Shown: one piece after another, positions 9,361-19,284 of the stretch
How positions within the stretch are numbered: position 1 is the stretch's first letter
Layout: each line of letters opens with the position of its first letter
Assembly: GCA_049968235.1 (NCBI GenBank)
Contig: JBMFRC010000001.1
Span: 352,001-416,000, forward strand
DNA: 64,000 nt
DNA from: Candidatus Hydrogenedens sp.
Lineage (GTDB): Bacteria; Hydrogenedentota; Hydrogenedentia; Hydrogenedentales; Hydrogenedentaceae
Reading direction: 5' to 3'
Notes under the pieces: generated by a model
Told to the model about the DNA's origin: nothing
Seen by the model: the letters and a program-made list of their open reading frames with translations, nothing else
Database searches by the model: none
Position numbers and translations under genes: made by a program

Positions 9361-10013
9361 ATATGTGGTATGATGAAAGAGGCAAAGCAGGTAAGTTTTT
9401 TATATTATGCAGTGTCAAAACAAAGACTGACATGATGAGAGAAATGATTGAGAGTAATGCAAGAGATAACCCTGTGGGAGAAATTGGAATGCAGATGAGT
9501 AGAGGGGAGAGTATAAGTCAAACCGGGGAGAGCGGAGGAGTTCGTCTTTACTATTTTATGCATTTTTGAATACTGAGTGATGATTTTTCTGTGTTCTCTG
9601 TGGTTGATTACATTTTTTCACCACGGAGGACACAGAGGAGCATAGATAAAGGAGCATATCATTTCTTGCTAATGACTGCATATAATTTAAAACGGATGTA
9701 TGGAAAATTAAGGAAACAAAAGGAGAGATATGCATAGATAACAAAAAGATAGAAAAACGGACAGAAAACAACAAATAAAATGGGTAAAAGTAAAAATATA
9801 GACTCTTGCATTTTAATTCCTCATCGGGGTTTTATCTCGTAAAAACATGTATAATTTATACTCTAACCTCTTACACAAATTGTTCAGAGGTCTCATTGAA
9901 TAATAAGACTCTATGTAATTCAGATAGAAAAGCCCGTGTCTATTTTAATGAATTTTCCATTCGTCCTGTTTGCCTAATTGGGTCGCTCGGTCTTACTTGC
10001 TTTTATTGAAGAC

Positions 10014-12356
10014 TTATTGGGGAATAAGTGAAGAAAAGTCAACATTTGCTGATATATCTGGCTGGCGACGGATATTTAAAGGAAGCATTATAAAAACATA
10101 ATCCCCTTCTATCCTATGTTTTATTCCTTTTTGTAAATACATATCTACCCCGCCATCATCTTTTCTATCCATGCCTATGCTATATATTTTAAATGCAAAG
10201 TCATCTCCTTTTATATATGTAATTGGTTCGCCATTTTTCCATGGGTCCTCAGGAATTTTAGAAATATAATCGGGAACAAGTTCTTTTAGATTATCAGGAA
10301 GCCGATTATTTTTCAAACGAAATCGTTCAATGGCTATAGCGGTTTGAACAAGATTTATAAGAACATAGTGCCGTAATTCGGAATCAAAACAGCGGTCCAA
10401 TGACGGGTATATTATGTTGAGGTTTATATAAAGCCAGTGTGGGGGAATAGATGTGAAGAGTGAATTTATTTCTCTCTTTTTCAGAAGATGAGTCTTATAG
10501 TCATCGAACGAACATTTTTCTTGTATGCAAATGTTTTCTTTTTGTGCTACATTGGTAGCCGTTTTTCTTAGTGCGGTATATAGATTCATTGCCACCATTC
10601 TTTCTATATCTGTAAGATAAAAAACATCAAAGATAGGAACCCATGATTTAATTATATTTCTCAATTGATAATATTGAAGGTACTTATATTTTTGTATCCA
10701 GGAACTATATTCAATTAAGAATCCTTCTCTTTGAACCATAGGTAAAACAGACAGAAACATCAGTAATTCTGTATGTAAACTCAAATTAAATAAGGACCTT
10801 TCTTCAGGAGGTACCGAAAAATTCTGAACAATATTACTTAATTCTAAAAGTACTTCTTCGGATAGTTCTTGATGATTAATAATCCATTCTAAATTATCAT
10901 AGAATTTCCTAAACATGGCAATATATACAAGTTGTGAAATATATACAGGTTCATCTTTTAGAGATTTAGAAACAGAGGCACAGGTTCGCAATGCCCGCAA
11001 CATATTTCCATAATCACCATCTATGGCACTTAAAATAGCCTCCAACCCTAATTTCCTCTCAAAATCTCGCAATTCGGAAAGATGTCCCAATTCCACAGAA
11101 TAACCCTTAGTTAAATCAATTGAATAGTACCCTTTTGTTAGACCACTTTCAGCAGTTTCATGGAGTTTTTGGGTTAATTTTTTATATACCTTCTCGTAAA
11201 CTTCTTTATATAACCAGTAGAGATTTTCCGATAGGGGCTTATCATATCTTATTATATCGCCATAAAAACGGTTCAATATTATCTTTAGATATTCTTTTTC
11301 TTCCTGTGTTTTAAATTTTTCATCAATCTCCTTTTGATACAATTTTTCAAAATCCATTTCCTTCAAAATGACATCTCGACAAAGAGGAAATAAATCGTAA
11401 TATTTCCGGGCAATGTTCTCCTTTTGCGGAACGGAACTATATTTTTCATTCATTTCTTTTAAGGTTGCAGGGAGAGAATTTCCTCTAAAATAAGCAATAC
11501 ATTTTTCAATAGTTCCTGTTTGTAAATGGGAAATAAGCGTTAAGATTGCAAAACAAAGGGGCAGTAAATATCCAACACATAAGAATGAAACCCGTTCCTC
11601 TATATACGGAGAATTCCCAGAATTTTCCAATAAATCTTTCTCTGGTGTTTTCCAATAATAACCATGTGCAAATAACAGAAGATTGAGCCATGTTATAGCA
11701 AAGATTGCAGATAAGAACAGATATGTACCTCCAAGTATGGATGTATTAAGAATACCCAAATATTGCCATGGCACTATGCAGACAAAAATACTAAGGAAAA
11801 TAATTAGCAGGAAAATCCTTTCTTTTTTCCCTAACAAACGGGCTCGGATTGTAATGAATAAATAAACAAAAAACATGATAAGATAGTAAAAATAAACTGC
11901 ATGAAAAACGATATAGATAAGGGAAAGAGAAAATTTCCTACATGAAGGGAAAATAATAAATAACAAATTCTTAACAAAAGAAATAAGCCACGAAACCCCT
12001 TGCCCTATTCCAAAAAGATGATATAGGGTCATAAACCATTCTTTATTTGAGTATATATAAAAGGAGGACAATGAATAAAAAGATATAAGCAGACACAGGA
12101 CAAGAAACGAAAAGATAAGAATACTTGATGGGTTAAACATGATTAACCAGACAATTATCCCATAAGTAATGACAATCCCGGTAATAAATATCATAAGGGG
12201 CATTAAGAAAGAATTTATATCAGGGAAAGGAATCTGCAAACTTGCCAGAGCGGGGTCTGGTACAATATGCATCTTAAACTTCCAATAAAAATAGATAAAC
12301 TCTATATCCAGATAACAGGCAATGTTATGAAAAGATTTATGTTCCCTGCTAACCAA
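10014..12356 (-). CDS. Large membrane protein: N-terminal polytopic domain, central soluble domain, C-terminal GspG-type pseudopilin-like motif
   Basis: 780 aa. The first ~270 aa carry 8 or more hydrophobic helices. The C-terminus reads LPDNLKELVPDYISKIPEDPWKNGEPITYIKGDDFAFKIYSIGMDRKDDGG. This matches the T2SS major pseudopilin C-terminal consensus (LPxDL...DPWGxxY...FDLxSLGADGxxGG). Confidence 0.55.
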   Translation of the reverse strand: MVSREHKSFHNIACYLDIEFIYFYWKFKMHIVPDPALASLQIPFPDINSFLMPLMIFITGIVITYGIIVWLIMFNPSSILIFSFLVLCLLISFYSLSSFYIYSNKEWFMTLYHLFGIGQGVSWLISFVKNLLFIIFPSCRKFSLSLIYIVFHAVYFYYLIMFFVYLFITIRARLLGKKERIFLLIIFLSIFVCIVPWQYLGILNTSILGGTYLFLSAIFAITWLNLLLFAHGYYWKTPEKDLLENSGNSPYIEERVSFLCVGYLLPLCFAILTLISHLQTGTIEKCIAYFRGNSLPATLKEMNEKYSSVPQKENIARKYYDLFPLCRDVILKEMDFEKLYQKEIDEKFKTQEEKEYLKIILNRFYGDIIRYDKPLSENLYWLYKEVYEKVYKKLTQKLHETAESGLTKGYYSIDLTKGYSVELGHLSELRDFERKLGLEAILSAIDGDYGNMLRALRTCASVSKSLKDEPVYISQLVYIAMFRKFYDNLEWIINHQELSEEVLLELSNIVQNFSVPPEERSLFNLSLHTELLMFLSVLPMVQREGFLIEYSSWIQKYKYLQYYQLRNIIKSWVPIFDVFYLTDIERMVAMNLYTALRKTATNVAQKENICIQEKCSFDDYKTHLLKKREINSLFTSIPPHWLYINLNIIYPSLDRCFDSELRHYVLINLVQTAIAIERFRLKNNRLPDNLKELVPDYISKIPEDPWKNGEPITYIKGDDFAFKIYSIGMDRKDDGGVDMYLQKGIKHRIEGDYVFIMLPLNIRRQPDISANVDFSSLIPQ

Positions 12357-13099
12357 TAGGTATAAATTCGTTCTTTTCGATTCATAGGGATATGGGACAA
12401 CAAATAAACACCTGATTTATAATCTCTTCTCATCCGTCGGCTTACTTTCAAATGCCAGACAAGCCCTGATAACACTAAAGCAATCAGTGGGAAAAATACG
12501 AACAGTAAGTCCAGTAAGTAAGAATAGTCGAAGGAGACTATCCACCGCATTGCCAGCAATATAAACATAACAGAAACATAAAGAGTAAAAAGTAAAAACC
12601 AGAAAATACCCGTCCATACGGGAATAATCAGTCCATTATTTCTGAGTTCAAACCAGACCTGAGCAATTTGACTATTCGGAAAACTTTTAATAACCATATT
12701 CGGTTCTAATTTGCTTAGGACACTACGAAGACGCAAAGGAAGTAATAACTTTATATCTTTTTTTATGCCAGTCCTTACCTGTGAAGTAATTTTTACACTC
12801 AAAAACCAGATGAGGTAAGTATAAAGTATTACTAACACCAAAAATATTAAGTAAGTATATGTAGAAAAGGATATTTTATTTTCATACTCTGCACCTGTAA
12901 AAGGTAAAGAACCAAATAAAAAGGGAATTACCCTATCCATAATAGTTGCATAGTCCAAAACTGCTAATATCACACATGAAAAAATAGAAAGAAATATAAT
13001 TATTCCTACCAAAAATGGTGAAAAGACAAAAAACCAGCATAAAAATTGAATAGTGAGATACACAATCCCATGTATAACAGCAGGGAAAATTAAAGGCAC
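12302..13099 (-). CDS. Polytopic membrane protein (possible permease component of the GntR-ABC operon)
   Basis: 265 aa, about 6 TM helices. Overlaps its neighbours at both ends, consistent with operon coupling. Confidence 0.45.
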   Translation of the reverse strand: MPLIFPAVIHGIVYLTIQFLCWFFVFSPFLVGIIIFLSIFSCVILAVLDYATIMDRVIPFLFGSLPFTGAEYENKISFSTYTYLIFLVLVILYTYLIWFLSVKITSQVRTGIKKDIKLLLPLRLRSVLSKLEPNMVIKSFPNSQIAQVWFELRNNGLIIPVWTGIFWFLLFTLYVSVMFILLAMRWIVSFDYSYLLDLLFVFFPLIALVLSGLVWHLKVSRRMRRDYKSGVYLLSHIPMNRKERIYTYWLAGNINLFITLPVIWI

Positions 13100-13542
13100 A
13101 TAAAAAGGAAGTTCAAGAGGGAAAAATTTTGAAAGGCATCCATGTATCTATGGGTAGATAATTCATAAGGTACATATTCTGATAAAATAAAAGCCACAAC
13201 AAACCGTAAAAGAAAAGTAGAGAGAATAACTAAAAAGAGCCGTGTAAATAAAGATACAGTTACAATTAAAGATAAAGTTATGGGAAGATGAAATATTCTA
13301 TGTGGAAAACCAATATGCATTTCTCCGGAATTACCTATCTGAAGGAGTAAAAGAATGGATATAGCATAAACCGTAAGATACAAACTAATGTCTACATCTT
13401 TCCAGTCAACAAGAAATATGGGGACAAAAATACGAAAGGAAATAGCAACAAATATGCACATTCCTAAAACAACACCAAAAATACTACCCCCTACATATAA
13501 TTCCTCCCACAATAAGGCTTTCCGAGACGAGTTAAGTTTCAT
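13090..13542 (-). CDS. Small polytopic membrane protein (operon member)
   Basis: 150 aa, about 4 TM helices. Lies between the ABC ATPase and the 265-aa membrane protein. Confidence 0.4.
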   Translation of the reverse strand: MKLNSSRKALLWEELYVGGSIFGVVLGMCIFVAISFRIFVPIFLVDWKDVDISLYLTVYAISILLLLQIGNSGEMHIGFPHRIFHLPITLSLIVTVSLFTRLFLVILSTFLLRFVVAFILSEYVPYELSTHRYMDAFQNFSLLNFLFMCL

Positions 13543-13666
13543 AAAAATTACTCCTTATCTTGTTTTTTCACATAAGCAATAAAAATTTCTTCTAACGATG
13601 GAATAGCGATATTAATTATCTCTCCACCTTGTTGTTGTATTTGTTCTTTTATGTTTGTGTTATTCC

Positions 13667-14478
13667 CTACACACAAAACCTGATACCCATGGCCAGGGAA
13701 TTTATTCGTTTTATACCGGGGATATTCTTCAAATTTAATTTTTTATTGTTCATCCTCACTTCTAACAAATAGTGTTGTTTTTTTATCTCTTCCAGATTTC
13801 CATTCATAACAACTCTACCATGATGAAGCATGCATACATCATCCGATACTCGTTCTACTTCATCCAATAAATGCGAGGAAAATAACACAGTTCGTCCTTC
13901 TTCGGCTACGGAACGAACTACTGCTGATAATATATCCATCCTCGCTACCGGGTCTAAACCTGACGATGGCTCGTCCATACCAACAACTCCGGACGATGTG
14001 ATAATGCTACCAGTAATCCTGTTCGTGCTAATTCGCCCAGTGATAATGCCCGTATCTTACGTTTCGGGTCTAATTCAAACTGTTCAAATAATTGATATGA
14101 ATATGTCATATCCCAATTTGGATAAAAAGCGGACATATAACGGATTAATTGTTCAATACGCATCCATCGGGGAAGGTCCCGCGTTTCTGATAAGTAACCA
14201 ATACGGCTGAGTACCTCTTTTGGATACTTCACGGGATTTAGACCAAAGACAGAAACAGAACCTATCTCTACGGTATAAGCACCTAAAATATGATGAATAA
14301 GAGTCGTTTTCCCGGCTCCATTTTCCCCTACCAAACCAAATACCCGACCCTGCAATACTTCTATCGTTACATCATTTAGAGCACACTTTCTCCCGAAATT
14401 CTTGCATAAGTTTTCGGTCTTAATGATAATTGAGTCTTTTTTTCCTTCAGATTGTTTATTCATGGTCTTTCTCCTCAT
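13667..14478 (-). pseudogene. ABC transporter ATP-binding protein (YtrB-like) split by a 1-nt frameshift near 13976-13980
   Basis: Upstream piece has Walker A GENGAGKTT, a Q-loop and the signature LSLGELARTGLLVAL, then ...HRPELLV. The downstream piece starts in another frame with (L)DEPSSGLDP (Walker B/D-loop) and the H-loop SSHLL. Joining them needs one extra base to give ELLV-L-DEPSSGLDP. Confidence 0.7.
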
Positions 14479-14860
14479 CCATGTGCAGTTTTATTTGTTC
14501 TGCGCGGGACTGTATTAGTTCTAATAACTGGCTTAATGAAAAGTTAAGGTGCTTTGCTATAACCAATAGAGAATCTATATGTTCATATATGACGCGGTAT
14601 CGTTCTTCATCGGAAAATAATGTTCGTATAGTAGCCACATAAGTACCGGCTCCAGGACGGGTATAAATCATCCCTTGATTTTCCAGTTCCCGATATGCTT
14701 TGGATACTGTATTGGGATTGATTAACAGTTGTTGAGCCAATGTGCGAACAGGAGGTAATTCATCTCCATTTTTCAAAGAACCTGTAGCAATTAGGTATTT
14801 GAACTGCCGAACAATCTGTAGATATATTGGCGTTCCATCTTGAGTATTAATTCGAATCAT
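14456..14860 (-). CDS. GntR-family transcriptional regulator (short YtrA-like subfamily)
   Basis: 134 aa. N-terminal winged HTH with the GntR signature ...LPPVRTLAQQLLINPNTVSKAYRELENQGMIYTRPGAGTYVA. Overlaps the start of the ABC ATPase gene. Confidence 0.8.
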   Translation of the reverse strand: MIRINTQDGTPIYLQIVRQFKYLIATGSLKNGDELPPVRTLAQQLLINPNTVSKAYRELENQGMIYTRPGAGTYVATIRTLFSDEERYRVIYEHIDSLLVIAKHLNFSLSQLLELIQSRAEQIKLHMDEEKDHE

Positions 14861-14874
14861 AATTTGAATCCTAA

Positions 14875-14902
14875 TGTATTACTGTTCTACTAATATAATA
14901 CA
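14875..14902. promoter_or_regulatory. Inverted repeat TGTATTA-N14-TAATACA just upstream of the GntR gene; candidate autoregulatory operator
   Basis: Exact 7-nt inverted repeat at 14875-14881 and 14896-14902, 15-42 nt upstream of the GntR start codon (minus strand), inside a 485-bp divergent intergenic region. Confidence 0.25.
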
Positions 14903-15345
14903 ATTTTTCTCCCGTTTGTCAATACCTTTTTAATATTTTTTCATTATTTCATATCTTATTTTTTATCAATTATTTATATATGCTATGTCTCTTAATTCTT
15001 ACGCAGGAGATTATTGTAAAGAAAAAATTTTTACAGAGTTTTATCAATTTTAGGGGATATAAATTATTTGAAAACAGTGATGTCATCTACAATTATTGTT
15101 GTCTATATTGCTCGTAAGTTTTGAGAACGGATTTCCTTGCTTAGATAGTATAAAAGAAGAGAATAATCCTCCCATTTTTTATTTACTTTAATTACAAATC
15201 TGATTTTACTTCTCGATTACATGTATAATTTATCCTAAAACCTCTTCTTCTTTTTATTCAGAGGGCTCAATTAGTGTATCTCTTTATAAATCGTTTATCA
15301 ATAATAAAAACATAACATACTATACAGAAGGGAAACAGATAAGGT

Positions 15346-16254
15346 ATGTTACAGATAGAAAAAATAGACATCCAAAAAATAAATGCAATAGCAGATATGT
15401 TGGAAACAACGACAAAGATTATAAACAGCGGATTGGATGAATCAGCAATAAGTTCTATGTATAATGAATCAACCCCATTATGGGTCCGAACAGTTAACAA
15501 TCAGTTCTGCGGGATAATTAATGATAGCAATGATATAAAACTTATTATTTCAACTGCGAAAAGAAAAGCAGAAGAAGGGGCGCCTATACTTGTTCAGCAG
15601 GGGATAGAAGGAAAAACCTGTTATCTAATCGGTTATCGTATGTCATACCATTTTTTTCCTGTAGAAATTTTTGGTGTAGAGTTTATTCCCGGAAATTATC
15701 GTATTCCTCGATTGTTATGGTTGCCTGTAGAATTTCCCGGAAAAGAATTAAAATCCATAACAGAAAAAGCCAAAGAAGTTGCCCGGAATCTTCCCCTTGG
15801 ATATTATGGTGTGTTATTTGAATTCGTTGTAAATGCACAGGGTGTATTTTTATCTTTTATTGACCCATTTTTCCAGCCGGATGAAGGAATGTGCCAGATA
15901 TGTAAGGAAGGAACGGGCATGGATTTAATGCGGATACATCAAACTGTTGAAAAACAGGGGATTCCTGATGTGGTTCCTACACGCGAATTAGGATGTGCTA
16001 TAGCGTGGATTATCCCGCATAGTGGAATTGTGCAAAGTATAAAGAACATTGAAAAGGTGCAAAGCACGGAGGGAATTAAGCAGGTGTATATACGAGTACA
16101 TGAGGGAGATTCGCTCACTCATATAACAGATATAGATTCCCGTAATAAAACAGGATATGTAATTGCTATTGGTCCGGATGCCTTTACCGCACGGAATAGG
16201 GCGTTATCTGCAGTTTCGCGAATACAAATCAATACGCGTAATCTTTTACCTTGA
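15346..16254 (+). CDS. ATP-grasp-like domain protein (hypothetical)
   Basis: 302 aa. PILVQQGIEGKTCYLIGY and GYYGVLFEFVVNAQGVFLSFIDPF resemble the central and C-terminal ATP-grasp motifs. No clear N-terminal pre-ATP-grasp domain. ATG start with AAGG upstream. Confidence 0.4.
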   Translation: MLQIEKIDIQKINAIADMLETTTKIINSGLDESAISSMYNESTPLWVRTVNNQFCGIINDSNDIKLIISTAKRKAEEGAPILVQQGIEGKTCYLIGYRMSYHFFPVEIFGVEFIPGNYRIPRLLWLPVEFPGKELKSITEKAKEVARNLPLGYYGVLFEFVVNAQGVFLSFIDPFFQPDEGMCQICKEGTGMDLMRIHQTVEKQGIPDVVPTRELGCAIAWIIPHSGIVQSIKNIEKVQSTEGIKQVYIRVHEGDSLTHITDIDSRNKTGYVIAIGPDAFTARNRALSAVSRIQINTRNLLP

Positions 16255-16312
16255 GAGATATTTTAAGTTGGTCCTGTCGGACAAATCAGGCGCGTTTGAC
16301 GCATCGGATACT

Positions 16313-17338
16313 TTATATTATACTTCCTGTCTTCTTGATAATATTCTCTGCCATACAAAGGAGTTCGACCCATTGAATATTATAATAGCGGGGATTATGG
16401 AAATCTGCATGGATACCATTTTGGATTTTAGTGACCATAGTCTGTATGGCTTCTTCTACGCTGACTTGAGGGCGAAATCCTAAAATCTGCTCGGTCTTCT
16501 TCGTGGAAACGCGGTAACTGCGTCCTCGTGTAGAACCATATTCTACTTCAATTCCGATATCCATTCCATTTTCACGAAATACTTTCCGTACCCAATGGGC
16601 TAATTCAAGTATCCGATAATTTTTATAAGATAGATTAAATATCTGATTTCCTACAATTTTTAGGTCCGCTTGCAGGCAAGCCACATAAGCACGGGCTATA
16701 TCGATTACATCAATCAAAGGTCGCCACATCTCTCCTCCACAATGAACAGTTAAGAAACCTTTATCAAATGCAGATTTTACAAAGGTATTAACGACAAGGT
16801 CATACCGCATACGGGGACTCCATCCATATACAGTTCCCTGTCGTAACAAGGTTGGATAGAAATCGGGTCCGGATAGTTTTAACAGTTCTTTTTCTGCCTG
16901 ATATTTGCTTACCGCATACGCAGCACGCGGTTCTACTGGGCTTTCCTCATCCTGCAAAACATCTTCCGCTAATAGTCCACGGTCATAAATAGAGCAACTG
17001 GATGCAAAGATAAACCGCTTTATCCCTCTACGTTTGCAATTTTCTCCTAAAATAGCCGTGGCTTCCGTGTTTAATTTTTTGTTGGCTTCCGGATTAAATT
17101 CTGCCATCGGGTCGTTACTCAATCCTGCCAGATGAATAACTCCGTCGACATCGTCCAACCATGCAGAATCAAATTGACATAAATCACCCTGAACACATTC
17201 AATTCGATTTTTTACTTCTTCCAGCCCTTCATCTCCGAATAGGAATTTATCAACAACACGGACTGCAAACCCATGATTTAACAATTCGCGAACAGTAACC
17301 GCACCAATATAGCCAGAACCACCTGTTACCAGTATCAT
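16313..17338 (-). CDS. NAD-dependent epimerase/dehydratase (extended SDR, nucleotide-sugar modifying)
   Basis: N-terminal Rossmann motif ILVTGGSGYIGAVTV. Catalytic YxxxK (YAVSKYQAEK). Confidence 0.8.
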   Translation of the reverse strand: MILVTGGSGYIGAVTVRELLNHGFAVRVVDKFLFGDEGLEEVKNRIECVQGDLCQFDSAWLDDVDGVIHLAGLSNDPMAEFNPEANKKLNTEATAILGENCKRRGIKRFIFASSCSIYDRGLLAEDVLQDEESPVEPRAAYAVSKYQAEKELLKLSGPDFYPTLLRQGTVYGWSPRMRYDLVVNTFVKSAFDKGFLTVHCGGEMWRPLIDVIDIARAYVACLQADLKIVGNQIFNLSYKNYRILELAHWVRKVFRENGMDIGIEVEYGSTRGRSYRVSTKKTEQILGFRPQVSVEEAIQTMVTKIQNGIHADFHNPRYYNIQWVELLCMAENIIKKTGSII

Positions 17339-17376
17339 CTTTTAACTCCTTCTTCTAATATTTATTTTTTCAATCA

Positions 17377-19284
17377 TTATGGCACAAACAGAGTTCGTAT
17401 TTCTTTTTTTGTTAATCCTGCATAATCTGTAACCACAAATGTAATTGTATGCGTTCCGGAGGGTAAATCTTCATCTTGTTCCCAACGTAGTGTTCCACGA
17501 GGTCCATCATATTCACTCAGTAGCCATTTCTGGTCGCAGAAAATTTCTGCCCGTGCTATACCACTTCCTATATCGGAAATAGAAGCAGATATAGGAGGTC
17601 GTTTTGTAAGTTGTTTTATGTCTTTATTAATATTAATGGAAATATTTGTGATTTGTGGAGGTTCATCATCTCTTATTAATGCGAAAGTGCCCCAATCAGA
17701 TACAGTGGCAATAACAGAGTCTCCCCTCTTTTGAGAATCTACTCTTGTCCATGAAGAACTTGTTTTACGGTATAAATGGATTCGCTCTTGCGGTTGGACA
17801 TTCTCTCGAATCTGTATTTTCATCTGTACCGCTTCTGCCATAGGCACATTATACGGTTCTATTTTCCATATATTTGAGGTAATTACCATGCCCTGAGGGA
17901 CTTTCTGTGCAGAGACAGGGGAGATGGAAAGCCAGAGGATTCCGTATGGTGTATTGGACGGTATATCTATCTGAAAATCATTCAATACAATGGGATTTAT
18001 TTTATCTTGTGCCTTAACTGCATATATAGTCTTTTCCCATGGAGGTATAGATGGATGGGACACTCGAAAAGTATATTTGCCTGATGCAGGAGGTTCCCAT
18101 GGAAGTTCGTAAATATTATTTGCCCGCTGGATAGGTTTTAGTAAGATAGACTCCTGTTCTGAGATGCATGTAACCTCAGGTATTTCCTTCGCAGATGTTT
18201 GTGCTAATAGAATTTCTAATACAAGGATAGACGGTAAATAGTGAATAGAAATATCTGTTTTTTCTATCTTCTTGTGTAAATCATTTGCAGGAACATCTGT
18301 GATGTATAGAGGAATCTGTGTTTTTTTCCTATCAAAGTCCTCTACTTCTATCTGGATATGCTCCTCATCTTTTATAGAAATCCAATCTTTTCGAGCCTGC
18401 TTGTAATTCTGCGATTGATTTCCCTGCCATTGCCACAATAACCAATAAATTGGATTTGAGATGTAAGGATAAAAAGCGACCACAGCATCCCGATAGGTAT
18501 TGTAATCAATGCGGTCTTGCTGAATAGTCGATAAGATGTTTTCGCTATTCTTTAATGAAATTCGGTAAGGTCCCAATTTACAATTGCCGGATTCGGGGTC
18601 GATGGTTGAAATACCAAATCCTATTGCACCCTGTGCATTAATAACGATAGGAAATGTTGTCTTTTCGTTAATAGGTATTTCTAGAGGAAGACAGCGACCA
18701 TTGATGGTTGCGTGAATACTTCCGGGGATAACAAGTAGAGATGTTATTTGAGGTTTATTACGGTCAATCCAGTGAAAACCATATTCCCATGGATTTAGAC
18801 ATGTAATTCCATCTTTTGTGCGAAGTTCAAAGTGTAAGTGTGGTGCTTTTGTTCCAGACTGACCTGTATATGCGATTATAGTCCCTTTTTTTACAATAAG
18901 TTCGTTGTCTTTGAGCATTAGGTCTACGGTGAAGGATTCTTTCTGATGTTGGACCTTTTGCAGATAAGACTGATATGGTTCTGCAAAAGAAAGTAGGTGT
19001 GCATAAATCCCCATAATTCCCGAATGAAATTGAATATATAACACGCGACCATAACCCCAGGGACCGCAACGCATCCTTGTTACATAGCCATCATCTATGG
19101 CATAGACCGGTGTACCAACAACAGCATGATAGTCCACGCCCATATGAAAACGACCATCTCGATGCTCGCCAAAGGAAGAAGTAGCCATCAAGTCTCCTTT
19201 CAAAGGGAGAACAAAAGATTCTTTGGCAGAAAGGGAATTGATTATTATAAAAATAAATGCAATAAATGGAGTTATGAACTTCAT
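17377..19284 (-). CDS. M23 family metallopeptidase (LytM-like) with a large C-terminal extension
   Basis: Signal peptide. M23 motifs HMGVDY (HxxxD), GQSGTKAPHLHFELR (HxH). The catalytic domain is N-terminal and is followed by ~450 aa of unknown beta-rich sequence. Confidence 0.75.
   Translation of the reverse strand: MKFITPFIAFIFIIINSLSAKESFVLPLKGDLMATSSFGEHRDGRFHMGVDYHAVVGTPVYAIDDGYVTRMRCGPWGYGRVLYIQFHSGIMGIYAHLLSFAEPYQSYLQKVQHQKESFTVDLMLKDNELIVKKGTIIAYTGQSGTKAPHLHFELRTKDGITCLNPWEYGFHWIDRNKPQITSLLVIPGSIHATINGRCLPLEIPINEKTTFPIVINAQGAIGFGISTIDPESGNCKLGPYRISLKNSENILSTIQQDRIDYNTYRDAVVAFYPYISNPIYWLLWQWQGNQSQNYKQARKDWISIKDEEHIQIEVEDFDRKKTQIPLYITDVPANDLHKKIEKTDISIHYLPSILVLEILLAQTSAKEIPEVTCISEQESILLKPIQRANNIYELPWEPPASGKYTFRVSHPSIPPWEKTIYAVKAQDKINPIVLNDFQIDIPSNTPYGILWLSISPVSAQKVPQGMVITSNIWKIEPYNVPMAEAVQMKIQIRENVQPQERIHLYRKTSSSWTRVDSQKRGDSVIATVSDWGTFALIRDDEPPQITNISININKDIKQLTKRPPISASISDIGSGIARAEIFCDQKWLLSEYDGPRGTLRWEQDEDLPSGTHTITFVVTDYAGLTKKEIRTLFVP

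Noticed and set aside
9363-9569. 68-aa ORF in the purine-rich spacer
   Set aside because: Low-complexity G/E/R composition produced by the purine-rich strand. No RBS context and it lies inside a region that looks non-coding. Kept only as part of the spacer finding.
13976-13980. Programmed frameshift as an explanation for the split ABC ATPase
   Set aside because: No slippery heptamer or downstream stimulatory structure at the junction. A simple indel (mutation or assembly error) is more parsimonious.
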